Shown here: piece by piece, positions 18,590 to 27,828 of the stretch
Layout: every line of letters starts with the position of its first letter
Position numbering within the stretch: position 1 is the first letter of the stretch
Assembly (NCBI GenBank): GCA_965279515.1
Contig: CBDIID010000003.1
Location: forward strand, 192,001-256,000
DNA: 64,000 nt
From: Turneriella sp.
GTDB taxonomy: Bacteria > Spirochaetota > Leptospiria > Turneriellales > Turneriellaceae
Direction of reading: 5' to 3'
Notes under the pieces: model-generated
What the model saw: only the letters and a program-made list of their open reading frames with translations
What the model was told of the DNA's origin: nothing
Databases searched by the model: none
Program-made: the position numbers and the translations under genes

Positions 18590-21133
18590 ATGAATACCCC
18601 GACTGTGATGAGCACAGAGCCCAAGAGTATGAGCCCCGTCAGCGGTTATGCGCCGATTCCGGGGGCATTTGACGAGCTACTCGATAGCCGCGGCATGCCG
18701 CGGGAAAAATACAAATTCATCCTCAATTCGTATGAAGAAATCGGTGAGGTCGAACTCACACAAAGGCGCAAGGAACTCACGCGCCTGCTGAAAGAGAACG
18801 GCGTCACCTATAATGTCTATGGCAGCGGCGACGAGAAAAAGCGCCTGTGGTCGCTCGACCTCATGCCGTTTCTCATGGAGAGCGCCGAGTTCAGTGCACT
18901 CGAGCGCGGGCTGATACAGCGCGGCGAATTGCTGAATGCGCTGTTCAAGGACCTCTATGGGCCGCGCCGTCTCTTATTCGATAAGATCGTACCCCCTGAA
19001 GTTGTCTATGCAGCGCAGGGCTATTTGCGTCCGTGTTTTGGCCTCTACCAGCAGCGCGAACGCGAGCTGCTGTTTTTCTCGAGCGATCTGGCGCGGCGCG
19101 CCGACGGTACCTTCGTGGTGATCGGCGACCGCGCACAAGCGCCGTCGGGCACGGGGTATGCGCTGGAGAACCGCATTGTGCTTTCGCGGGTTTTTCCCAG
19201 CCTTTATCGTGACAGCGAAGTGCACCGCGTCGCGATGTTCTTTCGCACGCTGAGAAAATCTCTCATCGCCCAGGTGCGCAACAGCACAAACCGCGAGCCG
19301 CTGGTGGTGCTGCTCACCCCCGGGCCGGGCAATGAAACCTATTTCGAGCACGTCTTTCTCGCCGGCTATCTCGGTTATACCCTCGCGCAGGCGACCGACC
19401 TCACCGTGCGCAACAACCGGGTCTATATCAAAACCGTCGAAGGGCACCAGCAGGTGGATGTCATTCTGCGCAGGACAGACGATATCTTCATGGATCCGCT
19501 CGAGCTTAAGGGCGACTCTCTTCTCGGAATACCGGGTATTCTCGAAGCGATCCGTAACGGCAACGTTGCCGTTGTGAACCCGCTGGGTTCGGCGGTGCTG
19601 GAAAACCGTTCGCTTACGGCCTATTTTCCCCAGCTCTGCAAATTCTATTTCGGCGAGTCGCTGATCTTGCCCGACAGTGAGACCTATTACCTGGGCGACG
19701 AAGAGCACCGCCGCGTTGTGCTCGCCGATCTCAACCGTTTTGTCATCAAACCCGCCGCGCGCAACGTCGTTGGCCAACGCCATCATTATCCGGCGAATAT
19801 GAGTTGGGTCGACCGTGAGGCGTTTCTCATGCGCCTCAGTGCCGCGCCGCAGAACTATATTGCGCAGGAAATCGTACCCGGCTCTTCCATTCCGGTTCTC
19901 AACAGCGACAACCAGATGGTCGCCGGCAAGTGTGTGATACGCACCTTCCAGGTGGCTTCCGATTCAGGTTACCAGGTGATGCCGGGCGGCCTCGCGCGGG
20001 TTTCGACGCGCACCGAGGAACTCATTGTCACGAACCAGAGCGGGGCAGGCAGCAAAGACATCTGGATACTCGCTTCAGAGCCGCAGAAGGATGTCTCTCT
20101 GCTGCGCGAAGTTTCACCCGAATCGCGCATTTCTCGCAAAGCGGCGGGCAGCGTTCCCAGCCGTATTGCCGACAATATCTACTGGATGGCGCGTTATGCC
20201 GAACGCGCCGAGAATCTGTCGCGCCTGTTAAAACACGTCATTGCCAAAGTCACGCAAATCGAGGACTTCTCAAGTCCCGAAGACATTACCAAGCTTCTCA
20301 AGATGGTAACGCATGTCACCGGCGAATATCCGGGCTTTATCGGCGACGATTCGGCCGAACTTATCCAGCACCCCGAAAATGAACTGCGCCGCCTGATCTA
20401 TGACAGTGCGACGAGCGGCAGCGTGCGTTACAACGTGCTGTCGCTGATACGTGCGTCGCAGAATTTGCGCGACAACCTCTCTGACGATATGCGCCGCGTG
20501 ATTTCGCAGCTAGAGGCCGAACCCTATGCCTCGACGGTTTTTTCGGTGCAGCATGCCCATCTCTTTGATGTGGTGATCTATCTCTCTTCGATTGCCGGCC
20601 TTTCGCAGGAAAATATGAGCCGCGAGGTGGGATGGCACTTTTTGGAACTCGGGCGGCGCATCGAACGCGCCGCATTTACCCTGCGCGTGCTGAAATCCTT
20701 CGTTTCGCTGGGTAACATCTACGATAAATTCATTGTCGAAAATCTACTGAGTATCAATGACATACGTATCACGTATACGCGGCGTTATGGCCACCGCATC
20801 GAAACCGACTCCGTACTCGATATTCTGCTCTTCGACGAGACCAACCCGCGCTCGTTGGGCTATCAGCTCGCCAAGATACAGGAATATGTGCCGATCTTGC
20901 CCGCCAAAACAGAAGGTTCACGGCCGGTGACGGAAAAAATTGCCCTGAAGCTCTTCACTGCTTACCGCACGACGGACATCCGCGAGATTTTTGCGCACGA
21001 AAATCCTGCGAGCGAATTAAATCCGTGGCTCAATGAACTCAGCGAATACATCGGCGAACTGGGCCGCACCCTGGCCGACACGTATTTCACCTACGTCGAA
21101 GAACAATACCGCATCGGGGAGATGAACGGATAA
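18590..21133 (+). CDS. Circularly permuted type 2 ATP-grasp protein fused to an alpha-E domain
   Basis: APSGTGYALENR, LLTPGPGNETYFEH, DPLEL, NPLGS, MPGGLAR, GSKDIW; then SRIADNIYWMARYAERAE and LGRRIERA, NPRSL (alpha-E ER motifs). Confidence 0.92.
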   Translation: MNTPTVMSTEPKSMSPVSGYAPIPGAFDELLDSRGMPREKYKFILNSYEEIGEVELTQRRKELTRLLKENGVTYNVYGSGDEKKRLWSLDLMPFLMESAEFSALERGLIQRGELLNALFKDLYGPRRLLFDKIVPPEVVYAAQGYLRPCFGLYQQRERELLFFSSDLARRADGTFVVIGDRAQAPSGTGYALENRIVLSRVFPSLYRDSEVHRVAMFFRTLRKSLIAQVRNSTNREPLVVLLTPGPGNETYFEHVFLAGYLGYTLAQATDLTVRNNRVYIKTVEGHQQVDVILRRTDDIFMDPLELKGDSLLGIPGILEAIRNGNVAVVNPLGSAVLENRSLTAYFPQLCKFYFGESLILPDSETYYLGDEEHRRVVLADLNRFVIKPAARNVVGQRHHYPANMSWVDREAFLMRLSAAPQNYIAQEIVPGSSIPVLNSDNQMVAGKCVIRTFQVASDSGYQVMPGGLARVSTRTEELIVTNQSGAGSKDIWILASEPQKDVSLLREVSPESRISRKAAGSVPSRIADNIYWMARYAERAENLSRLLKHVIAKVTQIEDFSSPEDITKLLKMVTHVTGEYPGFIGDDSAELIQHPENELRRLIYDSATSGSVRYNVLSLIRASQNLRDNLSDDMRRVISQLEAEPYASTVFSVQHAHLFDVVIYLSSIAGLSQENMSREVGWHFLELGRRIERAAFTLRVLKSFVSLGNIYDKFIVENLLSINDIRITYTRRYGHRIETDSVLDILLFDETNPRSLGYQLAKIQEYVPILPAKTEGSRPVTEKIALKLFTAYRTTDIREIFAHENPASELNPWLNELSEYIGELGRTLADTYFTYVEEQYRIGEMNG

Positions 21134-22012
21134 ATGGCCGAGTACGAAGTTACGCACACGACCCGTTACACCTACAGCGAGCGAGTGAGCCACTGCCATA
21201 ACGTGGGTTATCTGGCGCCACAAAGCGATGCGCACCAGGAATGCCGCGATTCGGGTATCAGTGTCTCGCCATACCCGACCATTCTGCGCCAGCACAACGA
21301 CTATTTCGGCAATAAGTTCTATTATTTTTCCGTCGAAGAGCCGCACGATGAGCTCGAGGTCGTGGGCAAAACCCGCGTCATCACGAAACCCAACCTGTTC
21401 AACGCCTGGGACGATTCACCCGCCTGGGAAAATGTCGCCGCCGCCTTAAGAAATCCCAACAGCGAAGCCGAGATACGCGCGCAGGAATTCACGCTGCCTT
21501 CACCGTTCGTGCCGCGCCCCGAACATTTCGTCGAATTTGCCCGCGAAGTTTTCACGCCGCAAAAGCCGGTGCTGCGCGCCGCACTCGATTTTGCGGTACG
21601 CATCTACAAGGAATTTAAATACGAGCAAAAGGCCACGACGATTCTTACGCCGCTGACCCATGTGTTTGAAAAACGCAAGGGCGTCTGCCAGGATTTTGCC
21701 CATCTCTCGATTGCGGCGCTGCGCTCCATCGGCCTTGCGGCACAATACGTGAGCGGTTACATTGAAACATTTCCGCCGCAGGGAAAAGAAAAACTGCGTG
21801 GCAGCGACGCGAGCCATGCGTGGTTCTCGATCTTTGTGCCCGATATGGGTTGGGTTGATTTTGACCCGACGAATGGCAAGGCGATTACCGAAGAATTTAT
21901 CGTCACAGCGCGTGGCCGTGATTTCGGCGACGTTTCGCCGCTGAAGGGCATCCTGTTTGGTGGCGGCAAGCACGTGCTGAAGGTCGAAGTCGACGTGCAC
22001 CGCGTCGCCTGA
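21134..22012 (+). CDS. Transglutaminase-like protein
   Basis: HTTRYTY N-domain; GVCQDFAH, YVSGY, ASHAW, DFDPTN, GRDFGDVSP. Confidence 0.92.
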   Translation: MAEYEVTHTTRYTYSERVSHCHNVGYLAPQSDAHQECRDSGISVSPYPTILRQHNDYFGNKFYYFSVEEPHDELEVVGKTRVITKPNLFNAWDDSPAWENVAAALRNPNSEAEIRAQEFTLPSPFVPRPEHFVEFAREVFTPQKPVLRAALDFAVRIYKEFKYEQKATTILTPLTHVFEKRKGVCQDFAHLSIAALRSIGLAAQYVSGYIETFPPQGKEKLRGSDASHAWFSIFVPDMGWVDFDPTNGKAITEEFIVTARGRDFGDVSPLKGILFGGGKHVLKVEVDVHRVA

Positions 22013-22023
22013 AATTTCGAACG

Positions 22024-22683
22024 ATGTTGTGGAAAAGCCTGGGCATCTGCGTTCTTTGTTTGAGTAGCAGTGCTCTTTCAGCCGACTGGCGCGTCTATGG
22101 CGGTATCAACTCCAGCAGTTTAGAGAGTACCTTAAAATATTCAACGGTTTTTTATGATGCGGGTGGCGCCGCCGCCGCGACGGGCTCGGCCTCTGCCGCG
22201 CAAAAGCTGGGCTTTCAGGTCATGACGGGATATGAGTGGCGTCCCTCGTTATACGTGGCTTTTGAACCGCGGGTCGGTTATTACCGGGAAGGGGCGCAGG
22301 CAGATATCTACGCGTCCGGATTTGCGACGAGTGTCATCCACCATATCGACTATCTCACGACTTCGCTCTTTGCGAAATTTTATCTGCTGAGGTTCGACGC
22401 GACGCAGTTTTTTATCGGCATCGCGCCGACGTATTCCTTCGTCGCCTACAAAAAGCTCGAATATAATTTCCGCGGCACAAAAACCGAGTCGAGTGTGCTC
22501 GAACCCCGCCCGTCGATACCCGGTATTGCCCTGTCTCTGGGGCAGATCATCTATGCCGGTAAGAATAAGTTCCTGGTCGATTATGTTTTCCGCCTCGGCT
22601 GGGATGTTTTCCCCAATTCAGCTCCTACAATTTCGGCAGTCAGCCATCAATTCACCCTGGGCTATGCCTTTTCCTTGAACTGA
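22024..22683 (+). CDS. Putative outer-membrane beta-barrel protein
   Basis: Signal peptide, YGGINSS start, about 8 amphipathic strands, HQFTLGYAF near the C-terminus. Confidence 0.6.
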   Translation: MLWKSLGICVLCLSSSALSADWRVYGGINSSSLESTLKYSTVFYDAGGAAAATGSASAAQKLGFQVMTGYEWRPSLYVAFEPRVGYYREGAQADIYASGFATSVIHHIDYLTTSLFAKFYLLRFDATQFFIGIAPTYSFVAYKKLEYNFRGTKTESSVLEPRPSIPGIALSLGQIIYAGKNKFLVDYVFRLGWDVFPNSAPTISAVSHQFTLGYAFSLN

Positions 22684-22697
22684 GCAATTAAAGCTTT

Positions 22698-22713
22698 TGG
22701 CGCCATTTTTGCT
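22698..22713 (+). promoter_or_regulatory. Putative sigma54 (-24/-12) promoter
   Basis: TGGCGC-CATTT-TTGCT; GG 22699-700, N10, GC 22711-12; about 36 nt before the ATP-grasp start. Confidence 0.65.
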
Positions 22714-22748
22714 GTAATATTGCAGGGCTGGGCCCGGGGTGGTAATAC

Positions 22749-24176
22749 ATGATGATGCAGCGTTATACGATGGCGCAGGCGTTTGATGAGATGATGACGA
22801 AAGAGGGCGCGATTCGCCCGCAATACCAGAGCCTGGGTGGCAGGCTCGAAACCCTCGGTGTTCCCGAACTGGTAAAACGCAAGACCCGCGCTGAGAAAGC
22901 GCTTTTTTCATCCGGCATCACTTTCACGCTATATGGCGAAGAGGGTTCTGAAGACCGTATTCTGCCCTTTGATATTATTCCGCGTATCGTGCGCGCCGAC
23001 GAATGGGAGAAGCTCGAAGGCGGTCTCGTGCAGCGCACGCTGGCGCTCAACGCTTTTCTCTCAGACATTTACGGCAAACAGCACATCGTCAAAGATAAGA
23101 TTATCGATCTCGAAGTCGTCGAGTCGAGCCCCGGCTATTTGCCGCAATGCGCGGATGTCAAACCGGCAAAAGGTATCTATACCAATATCTCCGGCACTGA
23201 CCTGGTGCGTGGCGAAGACGGCAAGTACATGGTACTCGAGGATAACCTGCGTTGCCCTTCGGGCGTCAGTTATGTGCTCGAAAACCGCGAGGTGATGAAG
23301 CAGATCTTTCCCGAACTGTTCTCTAACCTGCGCATTCGCCCGGTGTCGAATTATCCGTTCCGCCTGCGGCAGGCTTTGGCTTATCTCAGCGAAAAATCCA
23401 ACCCAACGATTGCGCTGCTGACTCCCGGTGTTTTTAATTCGGCGTACTTTGAGCACTCCTATCTCGCGCAGCAAATGGGGATTTCACTCGTTGAAAATAA
23501 GGATTTAGTCGTCGAAAACGACAAGGTCTATATGAAGACGATCCGCGGCCTCAAACAGGTCGACGTCATCTACCGCCGCACCGATGATACGTTCATTGAC
23601 CCGACAGTGTTCCGCAAAGATTCCCTGATGGGCGTTCCCGGCATCTTCAAGGCCTACCGCAAAGGCAATATCGCCATCGCGAATGCGCCGGGCACCGGTG
23701 TTGCCGACGACAAGGTTGTCTATGCCTACGTTCCTGAGATGATACGGTATTATCTCAAGGAAGAACCGATCATCAACAACGTACCGACGTATCTCTGCTT
23801 CCGTGACAAGGACCGCAAGTATGTGCTGGAGAATCTCGACAAGATGGTCGTCAAGGCGGCGAATGGGGCGGGCGGTTATGGTATGCTGATCGGTCCGCAT
23901 GCATCGCAAAAAGAACGCGACGAGTTCCGGGAAAAAATCCTCACTGACCCGCGCGGTTATATCGCGCAGCCGATGATTGCGCTTTCGACCGCACCGACGG
24001 TGATCGATTCAGAAATCGAAGCGCGTCATATCGACCTGAGGCCCTATATTGTGTTCGGTAAAGATTGTTATGTTCTGCCTTCAGGTCTTACCCGCGTGGC
24101 GCTCAAAAAAGGTTCGCTTGTCGTGAACTCGTCGCAAGGCGGAGGAACAAAGGACACATGGGTTTTAGAAAGTTAA
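22749..24176 (+). CDS. Circularly permuted type 2 ATP-grasp protein
   Basis: GITF, PFDIIPR, LEDNLRCPSGVSYVLENR, NSAYFEH, VDVIYRR, NAPGTGVADDK, DLRP, VVNSSQGGGTKDTW. Confidence 0.94.
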   Translation: MMMQRYTMAQAFDEMMTKEGAIRPQYQSLGGRLETLGVPELVKRKTRAEKALFSSGITFTLYGEEGSEDRILPFDIIPRIVRADEWEKLEGGLVQRTLALNAFLSDIYGKQHIVKDKIIDLEVVESSPGYLPQCADVKPAKGIYTNISGTDLVRGEDGKYMVLEDNLRCPSGVSYVLENREVMKQIFPELFSNLRIRPVSNYPFRLRQALAYLSEKSNPTIALLTPGVFNSAYFEHSYLAQQMGISLVENKDLVVENDKVYMKTIRGLKQVDVIYRRTDDTFIDPTVFRKDSLMGVPGIFKAYRKGNIAIANAPGTGVADDKVVYAYVPEMIRYYLKEEPIINNVPTYLCFRDKDRKYVLENLDKMVVKAANGAGGYGMLIGPHASQKERDEFREKILTDPRGYIAQPMIALSTAPTVIDSEIEARHIDLRPYIVFGKDCYVLPSGLTRVALKKGSLVVNSSQGGGTKDTWVLES

Positions 24177-25139
24177 ATGCATATTTTAAGCCGCGTCGCA
24201 GATTCTATATACTGGCTTAACCGCTACGTCGAACGCGTAGAAAACTATGCGCGGCTCATCGAAACCTACCAGCAACTTTCCCTCGAAAATGCCGATGTCA
24301 CAGATCCCCTGTGGCTGGCGCTCGTCGAATCGACGGCCGACACGCAGGGGTTTCAGGAAACGTACGACGAAATCAAACAAGAGCATGTCATCGAGTATTT
24401 AACCTTCAACAGGAAAAATCCCAATTCGATCATTTCATGCCTGTACCTGGCGAAAGAAAATGCGCGGTCGATCCGCGAAAAGATCAGCAAGGATATGTGG
24501 GAGGCCATCAATGAACTTTATAACACGGTTTCGGATCACATCACCAATAACCCCGAAGAACTTTTAAGCCATACGCGCACGAGTGCCTTTTTCCGTGACA
24601 TCCGCCGCAGCTGCCACGCATTTTATGGCATCTCCGACGGCACGCTGAACCACGATGAGACGTATTATTTTGCGCTGCTGGGGCGGGCCATCGAGCGTTC
24701 CGACAAAACAACCAGGATCCTGGATTTACAATCCTACATGCTCACGCAGGAAACCCAGGTCCAGTTTGGCGAAGGCCAGATTTTCCTGGGCCTGGCGCTT
24801 TTGAAAGCCACGAGCGCACATGAAATGTTTAACCAGGCATATTCAAAAATAACAGTTGAGAATATTTTGGAGTTTTTACTGCTGAGTCGCACCTTCCCGC
24901 GCGCAATCATTGCCAGTCTGTTGCAAATTGAGTTCGCATTGCGTTGCCTGGCTGGTGAACAGAAAGGTTTTTTCATTAATGCGGCGCAAAAGAAGGTGCA
25001 GAGGCTGCTGCTCGAGACACGGCACATCGATGTCGGCACGTTGGTGGGTGGCGGTCTCAATGCCTATCTCGACAATCTGCAGGTGCGTCTCAACGAAATC
25101 GGGATTGAAATCACGAATACCTATTTCACCGCGGCGTGA
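24177..25139 (+). CDS. Alpha-E domain protein
   Basis: LSRVADSIYWLNRYVERVE, ENARSIRE, GRAIERSD, FPRAI. Confidence 0.92.
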   Translation: MHILSRVADSIYWLNRYVERVENYARLIETYQQLSLENADVTDPLWLALVESTADTQGFQETYDEIKQEHVIEYLTFNRKNPNSIISCLYLAKENARSIREKISKDMWEAINELYNTVSDHITNNPEELLSHTRTSAFFRDIRRSCHAFYGISDGTLNHDETYYFALLGRAIERSDKTTRILDLQSYMLTQETQVQFGEGQIFLGLALLKATSAHEMFNQAYSKITVENILEFLLLSRTFPRAIIASLLQIEFALRCLAGEQKGFFINAAQKKVQRLLLETRHIDVGTLVGGGLNAYLDNLQVRLNEIGIEITNTYFTAA

Positions 25140-25211
25140 TGCCGGTGCTTTCATTGCCTGAATACTCTCTTTATACTTTACAGACTATTCCTGATTTCGA
25201 AGTTTTTTGTA

Positions 25212-26513
25212 GTGCGCGATACAACGGAGGAGATCATCGACCTATCGCGCCTTGACCCGAATCTCTCCGGCAGCCCGTTTCCCTATTTTCAACCGATTAT
25301 TTCGATCGAAGATAAAAAGGTTGTTGGTTACGAAGTGCTGGCGCGCGGTAAAGATGCGCAGGGCAATATTACCTCCCTGGGTTATCTCTTCGAAAAGTAT
25401 GCCGACAGCAAAATTGCCATAGAACTCGATCTTTTTGTGCGTGAACTGGCCTTTAAACAGTACAGCGCATCGAGTATTGCCAGCGGTAAGCGCCTCTTTA
25501 TCAATGTTTTGCCGCGCTGGCTGAACTACACCTACCGCGACGACCTAAGCGATGTCATCGACCCGCTGATGAACCAGCTCGCGCAGTTTGCCATCAGCCC
25601 CGAAAGTATCGTCGTCGAGATTACCGAAGGCGAATATTTGCAGCATCCCGATACCATGACGCGGGCTATCCACGAACTCAAGAATTGCGGCTTTGATATT
25701 GCAATCGATGATTTTGGCGCGGGCTATTCGAACATGAGCCGCATCGGCCAGATGCGCCCTAAATTTATCAAGCTGGATCTCCACCTGATCCGCAAGGGTT
25801 TTTCTGACCTGGTTTATAAAGAAATCCTGAATTCACTGGCATTCCTGTCTGAAAAAATCGGCGCGATACTGCTTGTTGAAGGTATCGAACACGAAGAAGA
25901 AGTCTATGGCGCGCTCGATATCGGCGCGCGTTACCTGCAGGGTTATTTTCTGGGCTTTCCTGAAGCGGCGTTTTCGAATCTCGATGAATTACAGCAGATC
26001 TTGCACGACTATATGCGCGATTTTACGGCGCGTAAGCTCACACACATGCAGAGCCTGATGTATTTTAAGTCCATTACCTCGGACTATTTCGACGCGCACC
26101 TGAAAGAGCTGTTTTTACCCGATCTTTCGACGGCAGAGGCGATGTTCCGGCCGATCGAGCCGCACAGCTTTCCGGCGTTTCTGCGCGATCACCTGCGCCT
26201 GGTCTATTTTATCAATGCACAGGGTGTGCAGATGAGCCCGAACTATAAGCTGATGCGCGACGACGACGGTTTCCGCTGGCAGACCGAAGGCAGCTACATG
26301 CATAAGGATTGGTCGTGGCGGCCGTACTTTCTCGAGTTTATGGCGCGCCGCGAATCAGACGGTACACAGCGCAATTATTCGGAAGTTTACCGCGATATCA
26401 AGTCGAGCGAACCGATTGTAACCCTCGTGCACTCCTATGGCGATGATTGCCTGTTATGCCTCGACTTCTCTGTCGCGCATATCCACAACCCCCTCTGGCA
26501 CCGGAAAATCTGA
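25212..26513 (+). CDS. EAL-domain c-di-GMP phosphodiesterase, YkuI-like
   Basis: FQPI, EVLAR, FINV, EITE, DDFGAGYSN, KLD, EGIE, QGY; C-terminal WSWRPYF as in YkuI_C. Confidence 0.88.
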   Translation: MRDTTEEIIDLSRLDPNLSGSPFPYFQPIISIEDKKVVGYEVLARGKDAQGNITSLGYLFEKYADSKIAIELDLFVRELAFKQYSASSIASGKRLFINVLPRWLNYTYRDDLSDVIDPLMNQLAQFAISPESIVVEITEGEYLQHPDTMTRAIHELKNCGFDIAIDDFGAGYSNMSRIGQMRPKFIKLDLHLIRKGFSDLVYKEILNSLAFLSEKIGAILLVEGIEHEEEVYGALDIGARYLQGYFLGFPEAAFSNLDELQQILHDYMRDFTARKLTHMQSLMYFKSITSDYFDAHLKELFLPDLSTAEAMFRPIEPHSFPAFLRDHLRLVYFINAQGVQMSPNYKLMRDDDGFRWQTEGSYMHKDWSWRPYFLEFMARRESDGTQRNYSEVYRDIKSSEPIVTLVHSYGDDCLLCLDFSVAHIHNPLWHRKI

Positions 26514-26520
26514 TTTTTTA

Positions 26521-27771
26521 TTACAATGGCCGCCCGACCTGGCCTAATGGTGAGCCGTCGGGGGCTGTATAAGCTATCGGCTGTTCATTTCGACGCATTG
26601 GTAGCTGATGGATTTTCTTATACGCGGCGAATACTTCTTCGATGGAAATTAATTTCATACATTGATTGTCTCCCTTGCAGGGCGGGGTTAGAAATTCATG
26701 CACGCATGGACTGCAATATACAGACCTGGTGATGGGGAGGCAGAAGTCATTTAAGCCATAATGCTCGGGTGAACACGGACCAAAAAGAGCAATGGTTTTT
26801 TTCCTCATCGCCAGCGCCATGTGGAGTGGCCCCGTATCGTTCGTAATCATAGCGTAAGCGCCTTCAATCAGCACAATAAGCTCGAATAAGTTCAATTTCC
26901 CGCTTGTGTCGACAACCCGCGGATCGCCAATAAAGGCAGAGCTGATGGAGTTGACGAACCCGGCTTCAGAGCTTGCGCCTATCAGTACGATCTGGGTGCT
27001 CCTGTCTGATCGGAGGATCCTTGTCATGAGACCAAGAAATCTATCCGGGGACCATCGGCGCTCAATTCTCAGATCGGAGGCATTTGGATTGATAATCAGA
27101 TACCTGCGCTTGGGCGAGAGATTGAATTTCTCCAGAAGGAAAGCCTTTCCCTGGATCCGTTTTTCGTGTGGCAGTGCGAGTTTCTGCAGTTCGCGCTCCT
27201 CTTGTTGGCAATGAAGGAGTCTTGCGAACTGGAGGTATACTTCGGAAATGGGGGCATTAATATTGAAATAAACCATATGGGAATACATACCCATTCTGTA
27301 ACGTTTATCGCTTTTGAAATATCCAAAGCGATTCTTTGCCAGACTTAAGGTCGCAATAATATTACTGAAGTTGGAATAGATCTCCAGATCAATGTAGACA
27401 TCCGGCCTTTTTGACCAAAAAAACAGGATAACACCGATAGAACTCAAAGCGGTTTGCACTAATCCCGAATCGTCAATAGTCCGGATCTCATTAACTGAGG
27501 GAATCATGCCTAATAGCTCCCTGTTTTTCTTGATTGTTACGAAGGTAAGCCGGGCCTTAGGGTAACGATGTCTGAGAGTCTGCAGCAGGGGAGTCGCTTG
27601 AATGATACTGCCGAGCCCCAGAAATTTACAGACAACGATATGATTAAAATCGCGGGTAAGGGTGTGATCGATCCTGAGTATCTTCCCCGCAAGACGAACA
27701 ACCAGGTTCAGGGCCCAAACGATGAACACTCCCAGTTTCTGATCAATCAATATTTTGGCTTGTACGCGCAC
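26521..27771 (-). CDS. Glycosyltransferase family 9 (heptosyltransferase-like)
   Basis: KFLGLGSII, RRWS, ITNDTGPLHMA, ALFGP, CSPC...C...CM tail. Confidence 0.88.
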   Translation of the reverse strand: MRVQAKILIDQKLGVFIVWALNLVVRLAGKILRIDHTLTRDFNHIVVCKFLGLGSIIQATPLLQTLRHRYPKARLTFVTIKKNRELLGMIPSVNEIRTIDDSGLVQTALSSIGVILFFWSKRPDVYIDLEIYSNFSNIIATLSLAKNRFGYFKSDKRYRMGMYSHMVYFNINAPISEVYLQFARLLHCQQEERELQKLALPHEKRIQGKAFLLEKFNLSPKRRYLIINPNASDLRIERRWSPDRFLGLMTRILRSDRSTQIVLIGASSEAGFVNSISSAFIGDPRVVDTSGKLNLFELIVLIEGAYAMITNDTGPLHMALAMRKKTIALFGPCSPEHYGLNDFCLPITRSVYCSPCVHEFLTPPCKGDNQCMKLISIEEVFAAYKKIHQLPMRRNEQPIAYTAPDGSPLGQVGRPL

Positions 27772-27793
27772 TCCCTGCTAAGGGAGTTTTTTC

Positions 27794-27807
27794 CTTGACA
27801 TGTCAAG
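27794..27807. promoter_or_regulatory. Perfect 14-bp palindrome in a divergent spacer
   Basis: CTTGACATGTCAAG carries TTGACA on both strands within a 57-bp spacer. Confidence 0.5.
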
Positions 27808-27828
27808 AATATCTCCTTGCATTTTTGA

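Noticed and set aside
18974..19786. 270-aa antisense ORF, and similar ones at 10639, 42228, 55821, 57628 and 61124
   Set aside because: All lie opposite recognised genes and are expected from codon bias in GC-rich DNA.
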